Origin: an uncultured Acidobacteriota bacterium
GTDB taxonomy: Bacteria; Acidobacteriota; Vicinamibacteria; Vicinamibacterales; 2-12-FULL-66-21
Length of the DNA stretch: 64,000 bases
Assembly: GCA_963836665.1 (NCBI GenBank)
Contig: CAWIKL010000004.1
Location: forward strand, 392 to 64,391
Reading direction: 5' to 3'
The notes under the pieces are model-generated. The model made no database searches. It saw only the letters and a program-made list of their open reading frames with translations, and had not been told where the DNA came from. The translations under genes were made by a program, and so were the position numbers. This document shows, in pieces, positions 1 through 8,515 of the stretch. The number at the start of each line of letters is the position of its first letter. Position 1 is the first letter of the stretch.

Positions 1-215
1 ATCGGGAGGTCGGCGGTCTTGGAGTAGACGAGGTTCAGGTATTCGTCCACCCCGAGAACCTTGAGAATCTTTGGATCGAACGGTTCTCCACGGCTGCCGT
101 TCCAGCCGTCGATCGTCATGGGAAAGCTGACGAACGAGTTGCGGATCGCTACCGGTTCCGACTTCGTCGCCTGCGCGATCACACCGGTCGCTACGACGAA
201 GATGAGCGCCAGCAC
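1..215 (-). CDS. EpsI-family exosortase-associated protein; 3' end lies beyond the window start (possibly fused to the exosortase)
   Basis: The minus-strand frame is open to the window edge, so it is absent from the ORF track. From GTG at 215 it reads MLALIFVVATGVIAQATKSEPVAIRNSFVSFPMTIDGWNGSRGEPFDPKILKVLGVDEYLNLVYSKTADLP. That is a signal anchor plus the FP-x-x-I-x-GW / LG-x-D-x-Y pattern I associate with EpsI. It lies directly downstream of the exosortase. Confidence 0.6.
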   Translation of the reverse strand, partial: MLALIFVVATGVIAQATKSEPVAIRNSFVSFPMTIDGWNGSRGEPFDPKILKVLGVDEYLNLVYSKTADLP

Positions 216-230
216 GTAGAGTCGGAGCAG

Positions 231-1114
231 TCATGCCTGTGCCTCCCCTGCGGGTGCGTACGACGAGCGGCGCCGACGCGAGCTTAACCGGTAACAGACG
301 CGCCAGGGCGCGCTGCACGGCAAATAGGAGCGCGAAAGAGACGATGAAGATCAACCACCCGGAGAACTCGTGGAGAAATCCTTCCGCCGCCGCCGCGCCG
401 TAGTAGTGCGCCGCGATGCCGGTTCCGGCAACGCGCACACCATTGGCGAACACGGCGATCGGGATAGTGGCCAGGGCGATGAGCGTGCGCATCCACGGAC
501 GGGGATCGACGAAATAGCCGAAGACGATCCCGAGCGTCAGCAAGGAGATCAAAGACCGGATGCCGCTGCACGCCTCCGCGACTTCGAGCGTGGTATTCGC
601 CAGGACGATGACGTTGCCTTCCCGGAGGACTGGGATATTCAGCGCGGAAATGCTTGCCTCGCCGACTCGCGACGCCAGTAACTGCAGCGGGAAGGCGATC
701 TGGTTGAAGATGATCGCCGGAAGGGGAATCATCAACAGGAGAAAGGCGAGTGGCAGGGCAAGTGCTCGCACGTGACGCCATCCGCCGACGAACAGGACGG
801 TCCCTACCAGCACACCGATGATCGAAATCCGGGTCAGGAACAGCTCGGCACCGAGGGTCCCAACGGCGAGGACCGCGATCGCACCAGCGACGACGAGGAG
901 ACCGAGCCACGACGGCCGTACCAGGCAGTGCCGCCAACGCGTGGCGGCGCTCCCACGCAAAGTACAGCGCGATCGGCACGATCAGGAATCCGTGCGAATA
1001 GTTGTCGTCGGTGGCCCAGTCATGAACCAGCTTGACGAGAACGTGGGAATAGAGCAATGCGAACCCGGCGGCCGCGACCAGGGCGGCCGACACGGCTTTT
1101 GGTGAAATCTGCAT
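231..1114 (-). CDS. exosortase (EpsH/Xrt family); frame broken near 914-925 and no clean stop before EpsI
   Basis: ORF 284..1114 starts MQISPKAV..LVHDWATDDNYSHGFLIVPIALYFAWERR, a typical exosortase N-terminus, then becomes Arg/Pro-rich nonsense. My translation of the adjacent minus frame from ~920 gives PSWLGLLVVAGAIAVLAVGTLGAELFLTRISIIGVLVG..LEVAEACSGIRSLISLLTLGIVFGY..PIAVFANGVRVAGTGIAAHYYG..EGFLHEFSGWLIFIVSF, which covers the conserved Cys, Arg and His regions. That frame stays open to the window edge. An ATGA start/stop overlap lies at 231-234. Confidence 0.8.
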
Positions 1115-1153
1115 TCAGCTGAACCTATCGATGTGCCTTCTGTAAAAATAGGC

Positions 1154-3424
1154 CTATCCGCCGATTTGCGCGAGGGTTTTCTGCGCCTCGACCGCGCCGT
1201 CGAACTTCGGATTCAACCGGAGCGACTCTTTCAGCGCTTTTCGGCCACCGTCCAGGTCGGCCAGTTTCACGCAGGTCAGTCCGAGGTGATACTGAGCGGA
1301 CACGTTCGTCGGGTCTTTTTCCACGCTGTGCTGCAACGCCGCGAGCGCCTGGGGATACATGTTCTTCTTGTAGTAGATCCAGCCGAGCGTGTCGTTGACG
1401 TTTGGCTCATCGGGGAGCGCCGCCATGGCGGTCTGGGCCAGCTGCAGTGCCTGATCGAGATTGCGGTTCGACTCCGCGTAGAGCCACGCCAGGTTGTTCG
1501 CGGCCACGGCTGCGTGGTCATCGATCGCCAGCGTCGCCTCGTAGGCCTTCTCAGCGTCCGCCGGCTTGTTGTCCATGTCGTAGAGCATGCCCAGCATCGT
1601 GCGCGCCGTCACCGACTTCGGCTGCCGGGCGACGATCTGTTGATACTCGGTCCGCGCCGCCTCGAGCTTCCGCTGGGACGCGTAGAGCTGTCCGAGCATC
1701 GCGTAAGCGGAGAGGGAATTGGGCGCCGCGGCAATCGCCTGGCGCAGGAGGTCCTCGGCGCGGGCCGTGTCGCCCGTCGCCAGGTAGGTCTGGGCCGCGA
1801 TGGTCAGCGCCGCCAAGCTCGTCGGGTTCGCTTTCACCAACGCGTCGGCGCGCGCGTGCGCGTCGGCGGGATGCTTTTCGGCGACATCGAGCATGATCAG
1901 TCCACGCGCGGCATCGACGTTAGCGGCATCGATCTGCGCGGCTCGCAGGAACGCGCGCCGCGCGGCCGGCTGGTCGTGCTTCAGCAGGGCCAGCGATCCC
2001 TGCGCTGCCTGCACTGCGGCCGCGTTCTGGTACTTGTCGCTGAGCGGCGCCAACTCGCGCTCGGCGCCGGCCGCGTCGCCGCGCGCCAGCAGGCTCCGCA
2101 CCAGCATCAGTCTCGCGGTGGGATTCTTCGGATCGGCATTCAGCACGTCCTGCGCGTACTGGCCCGATGATTCAGGCTTACCCGTGGCGAGCTGGATCCG
2201 CGCCAACTGCATCTGCGCCGCTGCGGCACGGGGATTCAGGGTTAGCGTCTCTTCGAACGCTTTCCGCGCGTTGTCTGGATCGGCGGCGGCCAGGTAGGTG
2301 AGGCCGAGGGTGTAATGCGCCGGCACCAGCCGCGGTTCCGCCGTTACGGCCGCCTTGGCCTTCTCTAGAGCCTCGTCGCGCTTGCCGTCAGCCAGCAGCA
2401 GCCGGGCCTTCAACTCGAGGGCACTCCCGGCCTTGGCGTCGTGGGTGAGGACCTCATCGACGATCTGATTCGCGCGCGCCCGTTCGTTCTGCGACGCAGC
2501 CAGCGTGGCGAGACGCACCTTTGCCGGCACGTACATGTCGGCTGTACCGGCCAGCGCCTCCAGCAGCCTGGCCGCATCGTCGCGCCGGCCCATCGCCATG
2601 TAGTAGTCGGCGACCGATAGCTTGACCGACGGCTCATTCGATGTCGCCGCCATCGTCTGCAGGTACGGCTCGGCGTCGGCCGCCTTGCCATCGGCAATCG
2701 CCAAGAGCGCCAGCGCGCGATTGGTCAGCAGGTTTTTCGGCTCGATCGCCAGCGCTTCCTTGAGCGTCTGTTCGGCCAACGGGCGCTGATCCGAGGCTGC
2801 ATAGTAGTTCGCCAGCGCCAGCCGCGCCGGCACCGACTTGGGATCGATCTCGACCGCCTTCTTGAATGCGGCTTCCGCCGCCTCTTTCTTACCGCGCGCC
2901 AGCTGCAACGCACCGAGGTTGGCGTAGGTATTGGCGCGCGCCGGATCGAGCCGGATGGCTTCTTCCATGTCCGCGACGGCGGCGTCGAAATCCTTCATCC
3001 CGGCGGTCGCGTTGCCCAGCAGGATCTGCGCCGCGAGATTGCGAGGATCCTTGGTCAGCACGTTCTGAGCCCTGGTGCGCGCGTCTTCGTACTTGTTGGC
3101 CAGCATCAGGAAGGTGGCGGCCTTCAGTTGCGCGTCGACGTTATCGGGGAGCAGATCTGCCGCGCGGATCGTCTCGCGATACGCGTTGGGGGCGTCCTTG
3201 AGCTGCAGGTAGGCGTCTGCCAGCTTCAACCGTGCCTGGCCCGAGCGCGGATCCGCCTGCACGGCGTTGCGGTATTCGACGACCGCTTCCTTGAACTTCT
3301 TGTCGGCGGCGTAGCGATCGCCGCTGGCGATGGACTCGCGGCTCCTCTTCTGTGGATCCTTCGAACAGCCCGCCGCCGCGATCGCAGCCAGCGCAATGAC
3401 GAGGAAAATTCGGACAGCACGCAT
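1154..3424 (-). CDS. PrsT-like PEP-CTERM-system TPR-repeat lipoprotein, paralog 1
   Basis: 756-aa ORF with lipoprotein signal MRAVRIFLVIALAAIAAAGCSKD and TPR-like repeats throughout. The C-terminal block NNLAWLYAESNRNLDQALQLAQTA..DTLGWIYYKK is shared with paralogs 2 and 3. It is directly upstream of the exosortase. Confidence 0.85.
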   Translation of the reverse strand: MRAVRIFLVIALAAIAAAGCSKDPQKRSRESIASGDRYAADKKFKEAVVEYRNAVQADPRSGQARLKLADAYLQLKDAPNAYRETIRAADLLPDNVDAQLKAATFLMLANKYEDARTRAQNVLTKDPRNLAAQILLGNATAGMKDFDAAVADMEEAIRLDPARANTYANLGALQLARGKKEAAEAAFKKAVEIDPKSVPARLALANYYAASDQRPLAEQTLKEALAIEPKNLLTNRALALLAIADGKAADAEPYLQTMAATSNEPSVKLSVADYYMAMGRRDDAARLLEALAGTADMYVPAKVRLATLAASQNERARANQIVDEVLTHDAKAGSALELKARLLLADGKRDEALEKAKAAVTAEPRLVPAHYTLGLTYLAAADPDNARKAFEETLTLNPRAAAAQMQLARIQLATGKPESSGQYAQDVLNADPKNPTARLMLVRSLLARGDAAGAERELAPLSDKYQNAAAVQAAQGSLALLKHDQPAARRAFLRAAQIDAANVDAARGLIMLDVAEKHPADAHARADALVKANPTSLAALTIAAQTYLATGDTARAEDLLRQAIAAAPNSLSAYAMLGQLYASQRKLEAARTEYQQIVARQPKSVTARTMLGMLYDMDNKPADAEKAYEATLAIDDHAAVAANNLAWLYAESNRNLDQALQLAQTAMAALPDEPNVNDTLGWIYYKKNMYPQALAALQHSVEKDPTNVSAQYHLGLTCVKLADLDGGRKALKESLRLNPKFDGAVEAQKTLAQIGG

Positions 3425-3442
3425 CTTGTTGCTCCGGGTTCC

Positions 3443-5726
3443 TTAGTAGACCAATTTGGCGAGGACCCGGCGGGCTTCTTCCGCGCCTTCAAATCCTCCG
3501 TTAATCTTCAAGGCCCGGCTCAGGGCGTCCCGTGCCTTCGCATCCTCTCCCGACGCCGCGTAGACCAGCCCGATGTGGAACAGGTACGTCGGATTATTCG
3601 GGTCCTTCGTGATGCACTGGGTCAGCACCGGGATCGCGAAGCCGGGCATGTCCTTCTTGTAGTAGATGTAGCCGACCGTGTCCGCGACCTCCGCGGAAGC
3701 CTGGCATCTCGGCTCGCGCCGAGAGCGCCAGTTGCAGGGCGACATCCAGATTCCCGCCGGTCGTGGCGTAGAGCCACGCCAGGTTGTTTGCCGCCGCCGC
3801 AGCCCGCGGGTTAGCAGTGACTGCCGCTTCGTAGGCCTTTTTCGCCGCGGCTGTATCCCCTGACGCCTGGTTGAGAAGGCCGAGCAGCGTCTGCGCCGTG
3901 ACCGACTTCGGCTCCTTGGCCACGATACTGGTGTATTGGGCCTTTGCGGCATCCAACTGACGGGTCGCCACGTAGAACTGCCCCAGCAGGTTCACGGCTT
4001 CCAGGTTCGATGGGTCGCGATCGACCAGCCGCTTCAGCGTGGCTTCCGTCTTCGCGCCATCGTGCATCGAGCTGTAGGTCTTGACCGCGAGCAGCAGCAG
4101 AGCGTCACTGGGCTCCTTCGTGGCGGAGAGGCGCGCCTCGATGCGTTTGCGTGCGTCTTCCGGCCGTTTGGCCTCGAAATCCAGCGCCGCTAGTCCGCCG
4201 AGGGCTTCAGTGTTGTCGGGATCGAGCTGAAGCGCCTCGTTGAAGGCCCGGCGGGCGTTGGCAGGATCCTCTTGCCTCAGGAAGTAGATGCCCTGGATCG
4301 CCCGCACCGGTGCCGCCTTGGGATAGCGGGCGAGCAGTGCCGCGATTTCTATTTTCGCGCGGGGCAGGTCGTCGGGCCGGGCGGTGAGGCTGCGCACCAG
4401 CGCCAGATGGGCCTCCAAGCTGGCCGGGGCTTCTTTGATTCCCTTTTCGGCGTAGTCGATCGCCGTGTCGAGTTCTTGGCGCTGGTAGTGAATTTTCGCG
4501 AGCTCGATCTGTGCCTCCGACCGCGCGGGGTCGTTATTCAGGGCTTCGGCGAACGCCTTGCGCGCGGCGTCGCGATCTCCCCGCGCGAGCTGGACGTACC
4601 CCAGCGTCACATAGGCCTGCACATTCCGCGGATCCGCGGCCAGCGCGCTATTCGCCAGCGCGAGCGCCTCGGTGACTCTGTGGTCGGCGAGGAGCATGCG
4701 CCCCTCGATCGCCAGCGCGGAGGCGTTCTTGGTATCCTTGGTCAACACTTCACGGAGGATCGCGTGCGCCTGGTCGCGGTTCCCGGACGCGTAGTTGATC
4801 ATGGCCGTGCGAATCTGGCCGGCCGCGTAGCCTTCCGTCGTGGCCGACACCTTGCCGAGGAGCGCGAGGCTCTGATCGACCTTCCCGACGGCCAGGTAGT
4901 AATCGGCGAGCGTCAGTTGCGCTTCGACCGTGCCGACCGCCTCGGAGGCGGTCTCGATGAACGGCTCCGCCTGCATCGGCCGCCCCGTGGCGATGAGCAG
5001 CAGGCCGAGCGTTTGGTTCGCCCCGGCGTGTCGCGGCTGGATGGTCAGCGCCTTCCGCAGCATCGTCTCGGCATCGTTCATCCGGTTGACGCTCTGGTAG
5101 AAGTTCGCGAGCGCAAGCAGCGGCTTGATCGCCGTCGGATCGGTAGCGGCCGCAGTCTTGAACGCGGTCTCGGCCTGGTCGACGTTGCCGTTCGCGAGTT
5201 CGAGGACGCCGAGGTTGGTGTGGAGCCCGGCACGGTCAGGATCGAGATCCGCCGCCCGTTTCGCGACGTCCACGGCGTCGTCCAGGCTGCGAAGGCCGGC
5301 AAGCGCATTTCCCAGGAGCACGAGCGCCTGCAAGTTATTTGGTTCTTTGACCAGGATCCCGCGGGCGCGGGTTTTCGCGTCCTCGAAATGTCTGGCGAGC
5401 AGCATCAGGTTGCCGGTCTTGAGGTTGGCGTCGATGTTGTCCGGCGCCAGGTCGGCGGCCCTGGAATACGCGAGAAGCGCATTTTTCAGGTCGCCAGAGG
5501 CGACGTACGCTTCCCCCATTCCGTAGTACGCCTCAGCGAAGCGCGTGTCCTGCTGCGCCGCCTTCTTGAATTCGATGATGGCTTCGGCGTATTGCTTCTG
5601 AGCCGCGTATGCCTGGCCCTTGCGGAGGAGCTCGCGCTTCACCTCATCCGGATTGCTGTTGCACGCGGTTGCCCCAGCCATAACCAGAACGAGCAGAACA
5701 ACGCGATGGGTTAAAGATGAGTACAG
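3443..5726 (-). CDS. PrsT-like TPR-repeat lipoprotein, paralog 2 (one frame break at ~3695-3705)
   Basis: ORF 3594..5864 has TPR repeats and lipobox VLVMAGATACNS. It loses sense after ..NNLAWLYATTGGNLDVALQLALSARAEMPG. The family C-terminus ..SAEVADTVGYIYYKKDMPGF..LKINGGFEGAEEARRVLAKLVY continues in the frame of ORF 3443..3952. The start is uncertain: GGAGGA (5734-5739) lies 7 nt before an in-frame CTG at 5726, whereas the ATG at 5864 would add 46 residues ahead of the signal peptide. Confidence 0.8.
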
Positions 5727-5860
5727 AAAAAAGTCCTCCGACCGGCTGAGGACTGTGCAAGGAAGGGCCCTAACGGACCGAGCTACCAGATTACCAGTTA
5801 AATTACTGGTAGCGTTGGCTTTGTGTGGTTTCTGCCGTCTACGATGCCACGGTCGACGAC

Positions 5861-5890
5861 TCAATAGTCTGCTCTAGGGCAGACTATTGA
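5861..5890 (-). other. perfect 12-bp stem-loop immediately 3' of the PEP-CTERM gene (no U-tract)
   Basis: TCAATAGTCTGC-tctagg-GCAGACTATTGA abuts the stop codon at 5891. No T-run follows on the minus strand, so it looks like an attenuator or mRNA-stabilising hairpin rather than a classic terminator. Confidence 0.5.
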
Positions 5891-6712
5891 CTACGATTCG
5901 AAGAACTTTTTCCGCCTTCTGAGCAAGAAACCCACGCCGCTGCCAAGCAGCAGCAGAGTTGACGGCTCCGGGTTGGCGATCAATTGAGCCTGTGCTCCCG
6001 GAATCGATGACTTCGTGAACCATTCTTCGAATCCGGTGTCAGAGCTGTATTTCTTGTTGCTATTGTTGATATTGCCGAATTCTGAATAGAGCGTCACGTA
6101 GGTATAGCCGTTGAACAGGGATTTGGGGAGGTAGAAGACCAAGTCGCTGCCACTGCCTGCATCGCTCAGAAGGTAATTCACCGTGATGGCATTGTCGGTG
6201 TACGCCGTATCCATGTCATAGAGCTTCGTCGCACCGTTCAACGAACCGCTCGCGTTATTCGCCCCGGCGTTCGAATACCCCGTGAGGTCAGTCTTGTTGG
6301 AGCCGAAGATCTCGAGCTGATCCAACGTCAGGTAGCTCTTTCTCAGCGACGCGGCTTCGTTGACGTCCAGGAAAAACGCAAGATAGTCAACGTTACCGAT
6401 TTTCTCCGTGCCGATGCTCGAAATGGCGAGATCGTGCGTGTTCGTCACGCCCTGCGCCGGCTGAGCGCTGGTGTTGTAGCCCTGTTCGGTCCCGTTCTGC
6501 TGGATTTGCAGGAACGAATCAAAATTTGCGGCCCCCGATGGGTGCTGGTCGGCCGTGAAGAACAAACCCTGGCCGAACGTGCAGCTCGAGCCTGCCGTCG
6601 TGAGGCTGCAGACCGTCGTCGCCGCTGCAGGGCGAGGCGTCACGACTGTCAACGCCACCGCGACTCCGAGCCATAGACTCGACTGCTTAATTACTGATCT
6701 CACAGCCCTCAT
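5891..6712 (-). CDS. PEP-CTERM sorting-domain secreted protein 1
   Basis: 273 aa with an N-terminal signal peptide (..SSLWLGVAVALTVVTPRPAAA). The C-terminus NPEPSTLLLLGSGVGFLLRRRKK is a PEP motif, a TM helix and a basic tail. GC is visibly lower (about 50-55% in the lines I counted) than in the neighbours. Confidence 0.9.
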   Translation of the reverse strand: MRAVRSVIKQSSLWLGVAVALTVVTPRPAAATTVCSLTTAGSSCTFGQGLFFTADQHPSGAANFDSFLQIQQNGTEQGYNTSAQPAQGVTNTHDLAISSIGTEKIGNVDYLAFFLDVNEAASLRKSYLTLDQLEIFGSNKTDLTGYSNAGANNASGSLNGATKLYDMDTAYTDNAITVNYLLSDAGSGSDLVFYLPKSLFNGYTYVTLYSEFGNINNSNKKYSSDTGFEEWFTKSSIPGAQAQLIANPEPSTLLLLGSGVGFLLRRRKKFFES

Positions 6713-6814
6713 CCGATTCTTGTGTAATCCCGCTGTCTGGTATCAGCTTACCGCGATACCGCGCGCCGCGTCGCACGCATCAGGCACGGGACACTCCCGC
6801 CCAATGTTATTTAC

Positions 6815-6829
6815 GCAAGTGAACTGCCA
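6815..6829 (-). promoter_or_regulatory. sigma-54 (-24/-12) promoter of PEP-CTERM gene 1
   Basis: The minus strand reads TGGCAGTTCACTTGC. GG and GC are spaced exactly as in the TGGCAC-N5-TTGC consensus. It lies 103 nt upstream of the ATG at 6712. Confidence 0.7.
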
Positions 6830-7124
6830 TGGCTAGACTGGCCGGCTATTCATAGGATGGCACGCCGTAAGTATCTTAAAATGAGCCAGTTAACAACATC
6901 GTGCCCGCTCTGACGATGCCGTCTGCGAAAAAAATGAGCGCGCGAAAGGGATCTGCAGCGGCGACTTTCCTCGCCGCCATTGCGGTTTCGACCGACTTGT
7001 AAACGACGTTGGTGCACGGTGTCTTGAGGAGACGATAGCCTGCTTTAGGCGAGACCACTTCCGGTCCGGACTTTGCTAAATAATCGGAATCAGCAATTCT
7101 ACCCGAGGACCGCTTCATGTATTT

Positions 7125-8498
7125 GTGTGTATTCGTGTGCTTGAGCAAGTGACCCGCGTCATCCCGGTGCGCCGCCGCGGCTATCGATCGCTGTTCCGCA
7201 CCCGGTTCTCACTCCCCGCCGCGGCTTTCGACTCGCCCGGTCGTCGCACCTGGCCGCCTTCCTCTGTTCTGTGGTTGCTGTTCACGCTATTCGTCGTCTA
7301 CGCGGCCGCGATTCCGTTCAGATTTGTGGGCAACTTTGCACTGGTGCAAGCAAAGCTCGCCGCGCTTCACTTTAGTCCGTTCGTGTCTCCCGACGGGAGC
7401 CGCCTGTCGATTCCCGATGTCCTCCAGAACGTGCTGCTGTTCGTGCCCTTTGGCGTGCTCGGCATGATCGCCCGAGGATCCGGCGGCCGCCTCCGCCGCA
7501 TCGCGACGGTGACCCTCCTCGGCGCAGTCCTGAGCGCGTGCGTGGAAACCCTGCAGTTGTTCACTGCCGACCGCATTACCGCGGTCAGCGATCTTGCCGC
7601 CGACACGGCCGGCACACTGATCGGCGCCGCTGCATTCGCCGCCCACGAGCGCGCCTTCCAGGCTGCCCTGACGCGCTTCTCAAACGCGCGCTTTGAGCGC
7701 AAGGCGTTCGCCTTTCCGCTGATGGCGTTTCTCGCTGTCGCGTGCATTGCCGAGTGGCACCCGTTCGACGTGACGCTCGATGTCAGCTCGGTGTGGGGGA
7801 ACGTGAAATTGTTCCGGGCGCATCCCTGGGACACCGGCCCGCTCACCGACGAGGTTCTCGAGTGGCTGCGATTCGCGGCGGTCGGAGGGGCCGCGGCCCT
7901 GTGGTTTCGCATCTGCAACGTCCGATGGCCGCGTGCCCTCGCGGCTGCTGTCGGGGTCGTGCTCGCGTGCGGCCTCGAGACGAGTCAGTTTTTCATCGAG
8001 TCGCGTGGACCCGACCTTCGCGATGCCGCGGTGCACGGGTTCGGAGCTATCGCAGGCGCAGCGCTCGCCGGTGCGTCTCAGCGCCTCCGCCCCGCGCTCC
8101 TGACAACGCTGGTCTACCTGCTGACCATCATCGGCGCCGCAATCCAGGAGCTGTCGCCGTTCGCGGTAGCCCCGACCAGGAATCCGGTCGAGTGGATTCC
8201 GTTTCTCAGTTACTACCAGTACACGTCGACCGTCACGATTTCCCACGTCTTGGAAATGCTCCTGATGTTCCTGCCATTCGGATTCGTGCTGTCACTGAGC
8301 GTCACGCGTGGGCGGGGATGGGTCCTGGCGGCGGCGAGCACGGGGCTCGCAGTCATCCCACTTGAGTTCGCACAGGGGTTTATCAGTGGACGGTATCCCG
8401 ACGTCACCGACGTGGGCGTTTGCGTAGTCGGCTCACTCGTCGGGGTCGGGCTCGCGTCCATCGGCTGGGAACGATTCAACGCGGCGGTCGCGGCCTGA
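7125..8498 (+). CDS. membrane protein with two VanZ-like domains
   Basis: 457-aa multi-TM ORF. It contains NVLLFVPFGVLG..ETLQLFTADRITAVSDLAADTAGTLIG and a second copy EMLLMFLPFGFVLS..IPLEFAQGFISGRYPDVTDVGVCVVGSLVG, both matching the VanZ pattern. The start is ambiguous, with several in-frame GTGs between 7125 and 7167. Confidence 0.6.
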   Translation: MCIRVLEQVTRVIPVRRRGYRSLFRTRFSLPAAAFDSPGRRTWPPSSVLWLLFTLFVVYAAAIPFRFVGNFALVQAKLAALHFSPFVSPDGSRLSIPDVLQNVLLFVPFGVLGMIARGSGGRLRRIATVTLLGAVLSACVETLQLFTADRITAVSDLAADTAGTLIGAAAFAAHERAFQAALTRFSNARFERKAFAFPLMAFLAVACIAEWHPFDVTLDVSSVWGNVKLFRAHPWDTGPLTDEVLEWLRFAAVGGAAALWFRICNVRWPRALAAAVGVVLACGLETSQFFIESRGPDLRDAAVHGFGAIAGAALAGASQRLRPALLTTLVYLLTIIGAAIQELSPFAVAPTRNPVEWIPFLSYYQYTSTVTISHVLEMLLMFLPFGFVLSLSVTRGRGWVLAAASTGLAVIPLEFAQGFISGRYPDVTDVGVCVVGSLVGVGLASIGWERFNAAVAA

Positions 8499-8515
8499 AC
8501 GAAATGGGGGAGGCT

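Noticed and set aside
1133-2170. Long ORFs antisense to, or out of frame with, real genes. Examples: 1133..2170+, 4272..5714+, 15516..17093-, 20203..21894-, 30676..33150+, 33713..34735-, 35198..36733-, 37824..39599+, 39629..40639+, 47083..49245+, 46541..47938-, 54600..55625-, 57665..58879-, 59563..60714-, 60736..62337-.
   Set aside because: Their translations are Arg/Ala/Gly/Pro-rich with no recognisable motifs. Each lies opposite or out of frame to a gene with clear family signatures. Stop codons are scarce in off-frames of high-GC DNA.
6858-6864. A perfect TGGCACG -24 half-site on the plus strand, pointing toward the VanZ gene.
   Set aside because: The -12 position reads AAGT rather than TTGC, and there is no GC at the required spacing. 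It overlaps the conserved box belonging to the opposite-strand promoter.
6876-7148. 90-aa ORF in the spacer upstream of PEP-CTERM gene 1.
   Set aside because: Third-position GC is about 60% against about 80-90% for real genes here, and I recognise no motif. It overlaps the conserved GTAAGTATCTTAAA box and the putative control region. It is probably non-coding.
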